64,000 bases of DNA from Cyanophora paradoxa CCMP329. Its lineage: Eukaryota; Plantae; Glaucophyta. The notes below the pieces were generated by a model. That model made no database searches. It worked only from the letters and a program-made list of their open reading frames with translations, and was not told the DNA's origin. Positions within the stretch are counted from its first letter, which is position 1, and each line of letters opens with the position of its first letter. The stretch lies in NCBI GenBank assembly GCA_004431415.1, contig QPMI01000524.1, forward strand, positions 62,001 through 126,000, written 5' to 3'. A program made the translations under genes and the position numbers. Below, in pieces: positions 25,463 through 36,051 of this stretch.

Positions 25463-28400
25463 TTAGCTGCAGGTGCCGGCGGCCGCGGGGGCGGGGGCGT
25501 TGAGGCGGGGGCGCTTGTGCGTGCGGGGCGCGGGCTTGAGGGGCCCCTCCGGGTGGGGGACGTCGAGGCCCCTCTCCTCCGCGAAGTCGGCAAAGACGCC
25601 CAGCACCTCCTCCGCGCGCCGCCTCCGTGCCCCGTTCCCCATGTTGCAGCGGAGGGCGACGCTCTGCAGCGCGGAGCGGCCCCACCGGTCCTGCCCGCCC
25701 CCGTCGCACCTCGGGACTTAGGCATGCGCAGCGAGAACCGCTGGAAATTAAAGCCCCCAGGAAAGCGGACCTCGAGGCGGAGGCTGGCGCCGGCGTCGAG
25801 GAGGGCGCGGACGGTCCCCCCGGACCTCGGTCCCAGCGCGTTGGCGGCGAAGTGGAGGAGGGGCTCGTAGCCATTGTCTGTCACGCTCAACTCCGCGCCC
25901 CAGCGGGCCTCCTCCAGAAATGCATGGCGCACCCCCAGGGCTTCCAGCTGCGGGCCGTCGAGCTTGAACGACTCTGCGCCCAGGCAACAATCAGCTGCGC
26001 GGGGCCCCGGGGTGGAGCCGCAAGGGACATAGGCACCAACGACATAGGCAGCAATGCGGGACCTCCCCTCACTAGATGCAGAAAACGCCAAATCGCTCAG
26101 TAGCATCTGCAGCGGGTTGCGGCCGTCGCCGTCCCTCGCGGAGAGGAGGTCGATGGCCGCCCCGGCGCGGTCGGCCGCCTCCAGGAGCGCCCGCGCCGCG
26201 TCGAACTGTCCCCAACGGCAGGCGACGTGCAGCGCAGTGGAGCCCGCCGCATCCTGCGCATGCCGCGATCGGTGACCGGAGTCAGCTCGAGGGCGCGCCG
26301 CGCGCAGCCGCGGGCCGGGCGTACCCTGCAGAGCGGGTCGGCGCCGGCCTGCAGCAGGGTCGCCACCGCGTCGACACCGATGTCGCGATCGGGCCACCGC
26401 ATTTGCTCGACGGCGACGTGGAGCGCGGCGCAGCGCTCCCCCTTCTTGGAGCTCGCGAAGAGGAGCGCCTCGTCGCCCCCCTTGCGCGTCGCCGCCTCCG
26501 AGAGCACCCACGCCGCGTCCGTCCACTTGTCCTCCCAGTCGCACGCGAGCTGCAGCGCCGCCGTGTCCGGCAGCTCCTGCCGCCGCGTTCGTCTCGCGGT
26601 CGTCCAAGAGGCCAGGCCCCGCGCGAGGCGGGAAGGAGCGGGCTGAGGGCGAACCTTCCAGCTGCGGAGCCGCTCGGCCCCGGGCTTCAGACGCGTCACC
26701 ACGAGATCGCAGTCGTAGTAGCCTTCGAGATCCTCATCTTCGATGGGACGTGGTGCGGGGATATCGCTAGCAGTGGCGCCTTCGCTCGGGAAAACGACGG
26801 CGGGCCCCGCGCGGGCGGCAACGGCTCCGGCCAGCAGCGCCCGCGCCGCGCTCAACCAGCCCGACCGGCAGGCGATGTAGAGGGGCGTGCACTCGTCTTC
26901 GTCCTGATGCGTGCGCGAGCTCGGGCGCGAGGGGACGGGCCCCGGCCAGGCCAGCGCGCGCGCGCGCAGGCGAAGACAGACCTTGGCGAGGGGGTCGGCG
27001 CCGGCCTGCAGGAGGGCCACCACGAGGTCCGTGTCGGGCTCCCGCTGGACGGCGCAGTGGAGCGGCGTGCGGCCCGCCCCGTCCCTCGCAGACAGCAGCT
27101 CGCGCTGGCGCCCCGCGCGCGCCGCCGCCTCCATCAGCGCCTGCGCGGCGTCCGCCCGCCCCAGCTTGCAGGCGATGTGCATGGCGGTGGCGCCCTTTGC
27201 ATCCTGTCGGCCGCGTGAGCGGTTCTGCGGCGAACGCGCGGGGCACGCTGCCGCGGGCAAGCTTCAGGCGGCACCGTGCAGAGGGGGTCGGCGCCGAGGG
27301 CGAGGAGGGGCCTGAGGAGGGCGGGGGAGTACTTGGCGGCGAGGTGGAGGGGCGCGCTCCGCCTCCCCGAGCACAGCGCGGCGTTCGCGAAGCCGGCCAG
27401 CTTCCACTCCCCAATCAGCTGCGGCGAGAGCCGGCGAGGTCAAAGTTGGCGGGGGGCAGATCGCCAGGGGCACGGAACGGGATGGCCGACCTTCCGCGCG
27501 AGGTGCGCGTCGTAGAAGGGGGTGGTGCACGCGAGAGCGTGGAGGGGCGTCAGGCCCTCCGGACCACCGCCGCGGAACGACTCGTCGTCCACGCGCAGGT
27601 ATCGGAAGTAGGGCGGAGCCTGCCCGGGTCCGCAGGCGGTCGGCGCGGAATCCGGAGGCGGTCGCGATCGCGCGAAGCAGCGGGTCGCACCCAGGGGTCT
27701 GCGTTGATCGGGTTCCGAAGGCGCAAAAGCGGCGAGACGCCCAGCTCGGCCACGAGCCGCTGGGCGACGTCGAACCCCTCCCGCCCTTCGAAGGCATAGA
27801 GCGCTGCAGGCAGGACGCGTACGCCCGGGCCTCAGCAGCGGCGAGCACGGCCAGGCGGGCGGACGCTCTCGTCCCGACCGGACGCACCTCTGAAGAGGGA
27901 GGCGACTGCAAGGCGGGGCACGTCGAGGCGCGCCTCCTCGGGCCGGGGGCACGCCCTCCCCTCGAAGTGCGCGCGCAGCCTCCGCAGCGACGCTGCGTCC
28001 ATCTCGATCTGCGGCCGCGGGTGCGAGAGCGCCTGAGCTTTCGGTGGCCGCGATTGCGATCTTGAGGGCGGAGGCGCACGAGGCCCCAGCAGACGACGAG
28101 GCGGCCGGGGCGGCGGACCCCGGTCTTCTCCACGAGGCGCTCGACCTGCTGGCGCTCTCGAACGCTCCCGGCGAGCTGCGCGTGCCCGGCGCGAGTCGTA
28201 AGAAGCTTCGGAGCGAGAAGACGGGCGCGGGGCGGGGGGGACGCGCGACGTAGAGGTCCCGGAGGGCGGGGAAGCGGGCGGCGAGGCGCTCGAGGCCGCT
28301 GGGGTCGTAGACGTCCTCCAGGTCCGAGACGTCCAGGCTCTCCAGCCGCGGGAAGCTGCGCGCGGAGGCTCGAGTGAGCCGCGGCGCTCTAGGTCGCGAT

Positions 28401-29376
28401 GCGGCGGCGGGGCGCTAGCGCTGTGCTCACTCGAGGCCTTCGACGCCGAGCTCGAGGGCGTGCGGGAGCTTCAGGAACTCGGAGCCGGCCCCGCTCCCCG
28501 CATCCCCCGTCAAGAAGATGCGCGTGCCCCTGACGGCCCGTCGGCAGAGCGCAAGAGAGGCTGCGCTTGAGGAATAAGAGGGCCGCTCACCGCAGGAAGA
28601 GGCGCTCGAGGGAGGCGGGGCAGGCGCTGAGGAGGCGTCGGAGGGCGGGGAGGGGAATGTAGAGGCCGGAGAGGTCGAGGTGGCGGAGGCGGGGCAGGGA
28701 GAAGCCGGCGGGGAGGTCCGCGAGCGCCGCGAGCTCGGGGGGCCCGAAGTCCCACCTCCAGTCCTCGGGGTCGTCCCAGGCCGCGGCGAGGCAGAGGTGG
28801 GTGAGGTTTGGGCAACGCTGGATCCCCCGCAGAACATCCAAGAGGGCGCGGCTACGTATACAGCTGGCCATGGGGCCGACGCCACCATCGAGGATGATAG
28901 AGCGAATCGCGGGGCCTAGGTGCAGCCGCTCGATGCGCTCGCCGAATCGCTCAGTCAAACATGAGACGTCCTTGGCCAGCTGCACGTACGCGTGCGGCAA
29001 GCTGGAGTCGGCTTCGCAAGAGCTCTGCGATAGCAAGAAGCATGAGGCGAATTCGAAGCCCGCGCGCGTATCTAGGTTAACGTATATACAAACGCACTGG
29101 TTGGTTTTCTAGAGCTTCGCTGCCGCCGCTGACGAAGACGGGCTCCTTGAAGAGCGTCGAGGAGGAGCCATGAGCGAGCTGCTGAAACCGGCGCCGCACC
29201 GAGGCGAGGCCGCGCAGGACACTCATCGTGCCACTGCCCGCCGCCAATTTCTCCATCACCAGCAGCAACAGATCGTCTGCATGCGCGCATCAGCTTGGAG
29301 GCCGGCGCGCATGGCGGAGGCGCCCCGCTCACGCACCCGGCAGGTTCATGATCGATACATCAGCGCGCTCGGCCAT
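25463..29376 (-). CDS. F-box + LRR + ankyrin-repeat protein, multi-exon
   Basis: Spliced F-box IMNLP|DDLLLLVMEKL...LASVRRRFQQLA. LRRs CPNLTHLCL, LPRLRHLDLSG, FPRLESLDVSD. Ankyrin motifs GATAMHIAC, GRTPLHCAV, TPLYIACRSG, GSTALHVAC. The frame is continuous across exons. Confidence 0.8.
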
Positions 29377-29553
29377 TCTTGTTCCGGGCTATACGGCGCC
29401 GCCGCAGCGACGGCGCTGCAGCGCGGGAGTTTCAGTAGATCCTAGAGTGTACCCCGGCCCGGACCCCGCCAACAGGCCCAACCCTGGCGCGCGCCAGCAA
29501 AGGGATCAGCGCTGAGCTAGCTGTACAACGAAACGCAGCTGTGAGCGCCCGCG

Positions 29554-31934
29554 ATGGCTCCTGCCAAGCGTCAAAGAACAGAGGAGCCGCCGCCGCCGCA
29601 CGAGCTGCAGGCCGCCGCGTTCGAATCCGAGGACGGATCCGGAGGCGCTGCAGCTGGCGCGCCGGCCTCGCCGTTCGACCTGCTGCCCGATGCGGTGCTC
29701 TCGCTAATTCTCGAACGCCTTGGTCTGCGTGTCGCGGCGGCCGCGCGCGCGGTGTGCCGCCGATGGCGCGACGCCGTCGAGGCGGTGCATTGGCGCCGGA
29801 TCGAACTCGTCGTCCGCGGGCGCGCGGCGCGCGCGAAGGCGCTCGCGGGCCTCCTCGTCGGCGCTGAAGACCCGGAGGTCGATCCCGCAGCGGCGGCCGC
29901 GGCTGGCGGCGGCGGGGCCCGGCGGTGGATCCGCGTCGCCGCCGGGGGGTCGCTGCGGCTGGACGCGGAGTACCTCGAAGAGGCGGAGGAGGCGGAGCTC
30001 GAGGAGCTGCAGCTGGCGGACGAGCGGGGGCCGCACATGACCGCCCTCTCCCTCGTCCGCGCGTGCGCGGCGGCGAGCGGCGGCGGCCTCGGCGGCCTCG
30101 AGCTGGCGCTGAGCCCGTGCCCCCTCGTGCAGCTGGACCTCCTCACGCAGCGGGCGCGCCCCGCCTGCCCCGCCCTCCACAGCCTCGCCCTGCGCACCGA
30201 GTTCCCCAGCGACTTCTGCGCGGACTGCCTGCAGCCGTCGACCCTGCCCTGGCTCCTCCGCCCCTTCCCCCGCCTCACCAGCCTCGCCCTCCCCGAGTGC
30301 TGCGCCCTCGACGAGGACGCGGTTGCCGCCCTCGCCCGCTCCCGCCCGCGGCTCAAGCGGGTCCGCCCCCCTCTCCCTGGACCCCGTCTGACCTCACCTG
30401 ATGACCTGAACCGCCGCCCTGGCCCGGTCTGGGTCCAGCTGGAGGTCACGCTGGAGTACTACGCGGACGGCGCGGCGCTCTCCGGCCTCTCCGCCCTGGA
30501 GTACCTCGACGCCCGGCTCCAGCTCTGGAAGCTGGACGAGTCCCGCGGGGAGGGGCCCGACGTCTGGCGCGACATCTACCCGCTCGACCCCGCGCCCCTG
30601 GTCAAGGCCCTCGCCGCCGGCCCCGCCGCCCGCTCCTTGAAGGAGTCCGTGCTTGCCCACGCCCGCCCCGCCGGAGCGGCGGCCCCGCGCCGAGCTCAGA
30701 CGGCGCCCCGCCCGCTCTCCCGCAGGCTCTCCTTCGGGACGACCGTGGAGCTCTCTTGGGCCTCCCTCAGCGCCCTCCGCACCCTCCCCGCCCTCGAGCG
30801 CCTCGGGGGCTTCCTCGCGGTTCGTCTTTGTACCCTTACAGTCCCTTACTGCAAACACCACTCAACCCCGCCCTGAACCCCACTCTCCCTCCTCCCCTTC
30901 ACCTTTCTCCCCCCCCTTTCCTCCCTCCTCCAACCTTCCCGGACCCATCCCCGCCCCCCGCCCCCGCCCCCCGCCCCCCCCAATGCCATCCCCCATGCCC
31001 TCTCGCCTTATCCATGCCCCATGCCCCCACCCTCCCAACCCACCCACCCAGCTTCACCTTCCCTTCCCCACTTCCCTCCCTTTCCCCCCCTCCCCTCCCA
31101 CCCCGCCCCCCCCTCCCCCCCCGCCCCCGCCCAAACCGACTGCCTGCGCGGGGCGCAGATGTACAGGCGGGCCGACGGGATCGACCTCTCCGAGAACCTG
31201 AAGGCCTGCCCCGCCCTCCGGAGCCTGCGCGGCCTGCGCCTCAGCCGCGCGGGCGACGGCGACGAGGACGGGCTCGACCAGATCGCCCGCCGCCTCCGCG
31301 GCCTCGCCGAGGCCTTCCGGCGCTCCCGCTCCCTCGCCGACCTCGAGCTCCACCTCGGTCAGCCCTCCGACCCGTGCCCGCCCCGTCCCCCGCCCCGCCC
31401 TCCTCACGGCGCGGCAGACATGCCGCCGCCGGCGGAGGCGCTCGCGGAGCTCGCCGCGCTGGCGGCGGCGGCGGCCCGCCCTCCGCGGCGCCTCGAGCTC
31501 CACCTGATGGTCGACCCCGCCACGGGCTGGGCCGCCGCCGCCGCGGCGGCGCTCGCCGCGCACCCGCCGCGCCGCCTCGTCCTCACGGTCCCCGTGGACC
31601 GTGCGGCCCTGGAGGCCGGCCGCCTGGACGCCCTCTCCGCCTTCGCCGCCTGCCCCGCAGGCGACCTTCAGGTCCCCTCTACCCTCCCCCCTCCCAATGC
31701 CGTACCCCCTGAGCGCAGCCCATGCAGGTCCGCCTGTGGGCGAGGCCCGCCCCCGATGGGGCCGGCCGGGCGGGGTGCGGAGGCCCCGCCGGGGTGCCGC
31801 CGGCGCCGTGCCCCCAGGAGGTGATCGAGGCGTGGCTCGCGGGGCTCTGGCGGGCGGCCGAGGGGGCCCTAGGCCTCCCCGCCGCCCGCGTCTCCGCCCT
31901 CATCGACGACTCGCTGTACGACTGCTGGTGGTGA
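29554..31934 (+). CDS. F-box/LRR-like protein, multi-exon
   Basis: SPFDLLPDAVLSLILERLG...ARAVCRRWR F-box. CPALHSLAL, FPRLTSLAL and LPALERL LRR-like motifs. Basic N-terminus PAKRQR. Confidence 0.8.
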
Positions 31935-32667
31935 GGGCGAGCGCGCCGGCGTGCGAGGGGCCGGCGCTGGCAGCTGCGGATGGCCGTCCTTCGCCGGGCC
32001 CAACTCGCGTTCGCAGCTGCAGCCGTGGTGCTTTATGTGCGATGGGCCCATGGCCAATTGCAGGGTAACGTATACGCAGTGTCCGTAGTGATTGTAGTAT
32101 CATTGTACTCGGAGCTCGAGCGCATGCGCCCATGGCCAGCCTGCTGCTCATAATCATGATCGATATCGATATCAGCCGCTGAGCCGGTCTCAGAGTCTGC
32201 AGCTGGCCATGGGTACGGTGGCCAAATAAATATAATTATAAGGGGCAGCGCCGCTTGCAATTGGCCATGGGACGCAACCCTCATTGATTTAAGAGGACTG
32301 CAGCTGGCGGGTGCACGTGGGCCGGGCGGGTGCCCCGGGGGATATCGATGGAGCCCGGGGGGTGCGCGCGGGGAGGGGGCGGGGAGGGGGCGGGGGGAGA
32401 GGGGGGGGAGGGGCGGAGGGGAGGGGGGGGTCGATCGCGACCCGTCCGAGCTCGAGTCATGATCACCGCGGCCGTCGGCTGATCCGATCCGATCTCGATC
32501 GCGAGTTTCGGATCGACCGCGACAAAAACTTCGGATCGGAACTCGAGACTCGAGCTCGGGTGTCGACAAAAACTTGAGCTACAAAAACAAATGCCGAGTA
32601 CCACGCTTGCGAACCTCCCGAGTCCCTGAATGCGGGAACGAAAATTCCCACGGGTTGCCGCCGGAAG

Positions 32668-33052
32668 TAATGCGCGCGCTTAATTAGTAATGCGCAGCTT
32701 TATTATGCGCCCCCTAATTAATGCGTTTTCCGCTGCCAAAACGCATTAATTTGGGACCGCATAATTTTAACGGCATAAATATCAAAATGCTTATTATAAA
32801 CTGCTCTATGTACCCCCCCCTACCGCAGCCAAAAAGCTTCAAAACGCACTAATTAGGTGCCGCATTAATAGCCATAATAGCCATTAATAGCCTTTTTTTT
32901 GAGAGACTACGGTGGCCCGCGTCGGTGGGGGCCCCGTGGCCATGGGGCGAACCCCACCGTAGTCTCTCAAAAAAAACTATGGCTTTAAGTAGTCCGGCGG
33001 CGGCTCCGGCCGGGTCCAAAAACGCATTAATATCTGGCGCATTAATTAAGTG
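32668..33052. repeat. AT-rich foldback/MITE-like element with two perfect inverted repeats
   Basis: 14-bp arms at 32716-32729/32738-32751 and 23-bp arms at 32893-32915/32954-32976. About ten CGCATTA-like motifs change orientation near 32730. Confidence 0.6.
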
Positions 33053-33410
33053 TTACACCAACTTACACGCCGCAACTTGGCAACTTCCAACTTCCGAAGG
33101 CTACTACAGTAGTACTACTAGGCTAGTACGTATAAGAGCCTACCGTACTAGGCTACTACTAGCCTACTAGTACTGTTGGCTGCAGGCTGCAGCCTGCAGG
33201 CTGCAGCTGCGCGCAGGCCAGGCGCTGCGGATGCGGATGCGCAGCTGCAGACTGCAGTGTGGCAGTGCTATTTTGTGCATGCGCACTGGCGGCACTGTGA
33301 CGTATACGTATACGTACGCGTGTGCTTCAGATTTGTACGTATACACTTTCAACGTTTGCAGTGACTTTGCACATTTGCAGCTTGCCAGCTGCAGTGTTGG
33401 AACTGTTGCC

Positions 33411-33428
33411 ACGGACCGTCGGACCACA
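33411..33428. repeat. Left target-site duplication of the LINE (ACGGACCGTCGGACCACA)
   Basis: Identical 18-mer at 49020-49037. Immediately followed by T7 (33429-33435), the poly(A) tail of a minus-strand element. Confidence 0.93.
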
Positions 33429-33912
33429 TTTTTTTGAACAACCTGTTGCATTCGTACACACTTGACAACAGTCCCCCGCTCCTCGCCTACTGGATACTGG
33501 GATGCTGACTGCAGGAGGAGATAGGTGACAAGAGTGCTACAGCTACTAGTCGTGTCGAGCTGGTGCTTTAGCTGTAGTCTACCGAGTCGCCTCCAGAACA
33601 TAATATGCGCCGGTCCTCTAGCAGTGAGCGCGGCATGATGAGCTGCACGGTCCTAGATGCCCGCTTGATGTCTCGTAGAACTTGGCCGTGGTACGCTGTG
33701 TCCTATCTAATAGTGGCGGAGATGCGGTAGGGGGGAGAGTCCACGGTGTCGTCGCGCCCGTCGTCGTCGCCGCCGTTCGAAGTCCAGCTCCGACCAGTGG
33801 GACGAGGCGCCGCGCTCCGAGACCTGCGCCACCCCCCCCCCCCCACCCCCCACCTCCTCCCCCCCCGCCCTCCCCTCCCCCCCCCCCGGACCTCCTTGCT
33901 AGCCTTTGTATT

Positions 33913-35620
33913 TCAGGATGTTGTGCCCCGAGGGGTCGACATGAAGGAAATGATATGTGGCTGACAGGCGCAGTGATGAGCTGAGAAGCTGGCGGGCGTG
34001 TCTGGAGGGCAGAGCAGATGTGGGAGACGGGCCAGGCCTGTGGGGGTGATCGCGTCATGGTGGATGCGACGGCAGCCGCAGGTTGCGCACATGTCTGGGA
34101 GGTATTGGAGTATGCTGCGGGGCTTTCGAGGTTTGCGCGGCTTGGGAGGGGGCGTCGGTAGTGGCATCGGCGGTGGCTTCGGGGGCGGTGGCGGCGGCCG
34201 GGGCAGCGGGGGCAGCTCTTCCAGTCGGGCTGGCTGGCGGCGGCGGAGTTTTTTCCGGGGTTTCGAGGTTGCTTGGCCCGCGGGGGCGCGCTCGCTAGGC
34301 GGCCGCAGAGTGGTTTCTGCCGTCGGTTTCCATTCGCCTGGGGCGAAGAATTTAAAGATGGAGCCCTCAGGGAGCCCCGGAATGGGGTCCGGTGGCGGGG
34401 CTGAGGCGTCACGCTTGCCGCGTTTCTGTCCTGGAGGCTTCCGAGGGGCCGGTGCGTGTTTGCGTTTGCTGCTCGGCGGCTCTGACGGTGTTATCCCTGG
34501 GCGACGTTTGGCGCTGGAGGCCGGGGCTGTAACGTCATCCTCCACCGTGCGTTTGGAGCCAACGGGTGGAGGCCTGCTGGTGGACGGTGGCGGGTGTTGC
34601 GGGGCCCCGTGCTCGTCTCTGAAGCGTTTAGCTGATGTCGGGGGTGCTGCAGGCGTGACTGCAGGCCGTTTCGCTACGCGGGCGGGGGGCTGCGGGGGGT
34701 AGAGAAGGGGTAGTTCCAAGTCGGTCGTCGAGGACGTGGGCTGGGAGGGGCTAGGATTGCGGACTAGCTGGAAGCCGACTCCCGCTGCGCTGTCGACGCA
34801 GAGACCGGTAGCGAGGTGGCGGAGGCACCGGCGGGCGGAGGCAAAGCTTGTCCCGCAGGTGTCGCAGCGAGGGCGTCGTGCGTCGAGTTCGCGGAGGCGG
34901 GCGCTACGTCGGGGGGGCTGTTGAGTAGGTTCCTCTTCCAGCTTCTTCCAGGTGAACGCCGCCAGCTCGGCCGCCAGGGCAGGAGCTGCCCGCCGAGGTA
35001 CTCCGTGACCGTGACTTGTTGGCGTTCGAGCGAGGGGCATCGGGTAGTCGGGTTGAGAGGGATTGGTGCCGGGGCTGGCGTAGCAGAGACCTGAGCCAGC
35101 ATTGAGGCCTTAGCCCGCTTGGTGCGTTTTTTGCCCGACGTGATGCCGTGTTCCTGTTCCAGGCTATGACTGCGTCGCAGCGGGTTTTCCAGATGGTCCG
35201 TGCATGTTCGTCCGCTAGTTGCACCAATCCATTCACTGCTTGCTGCGAGGTCGTAGCTAGAGTTCGAACTCCGAAGGCTCGGAGTAGGACGTGAATTCCT
35301 TGCGGGGCGACAAGCTGGAAGAGAGCGCGAAATTCGAATTGATGAAGGAGGTCGGCTGCTTCGAGAATAGCTAGTTTCTGGCCCAGTGGGCAATCCGGAG
35401 CGAACTCGAGCGGAGGGCTGGACATGCCAGGGTCTAGTAGGAAGGGGAATAGCGAGTCCCAGGAGCTGCGAAGTCCCGTCGGCTTGTGTTTCATCACGTG
35501 TTTAAGGACGTGTTCGCGGGCGGCTAGGCGAAAGACGTTGACGGCAGTAGCAGCAGCAGGGCATACCCAGATGTGATCGAAGTCTTCCTCTGCGAGGCGG
35601 CAGCGGGGGCAAATCGGTCC
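33913..35620 (-). CDS. LINE C-terminal region: zinc knuckle, WxxRC motif, extra Cys/His fingers and Pro/Lys-rich tail (frameshifted)
   Basis: CPRCRLAEEDFDHIWVC (35561-35611), IWKTRCDAVIAW, CDTCGTSFASARRCLRHLATGLC, CATCGCRRIHH. Stop at 33913. Confidence 0.75.
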
Positions 35621-36051
35621 CTCGGGCAGATTGCCGCATAGATGTCCGGGCGCGTGCGAGCACGGACTCGCAGCGTGGCCAGAGATGCAGTCAGCAGTTT
35701 CGAGCGCGTCGCGCGAAGCTGAACCCCGGCTTGGGTCTTGCGGCGTCCATCTTTGCGGTGTGCGGACATGAGGGAGAGAGCAGCGTCGATTTGGCCGCCA
35801 GTGAAGCGCAGGAGTCTACCAGCTTCGAGTTGACAGCTCCACTGAATGAAATCCACGAGGTGGGCTTCCTCGTCCATGTGTTTGCGCGGGTCTCCGTTCA
35901 CGCGGTACGCCAAGAGGTGGCCGGCGTATCTCTCTGTGCCGGTCGGTAGCTCCGCAGAGCCAGGCTTGGTGCCATAGCGGATGAGCGGGGTGGTGGACCC
36001 GCATCCTGCGGGGAGGTATAGAAGGGCAGGGAAAGGCCCATCGTTGCAGCT

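Noticed and set aside
30866-31135. Long C-rich tract translated as poly-proline
   Set aside because: It lies within an intron of the F-box gene and is low-complexity sequence.
12700-32000. Many long Arg/Pro/Gly/Ala-rich ORFs antisense to or overlapping real genes
   Set aside because: These are shadow ORFs from very high GC content and intron read-through, with no family motifs.
35630-35670. RPD motif as a restriction-like endonuclease (Dualen-type dual nuclease)
   Set aside because: It lies before the zinc knuckle and no following (D/E)xK motif is evident.
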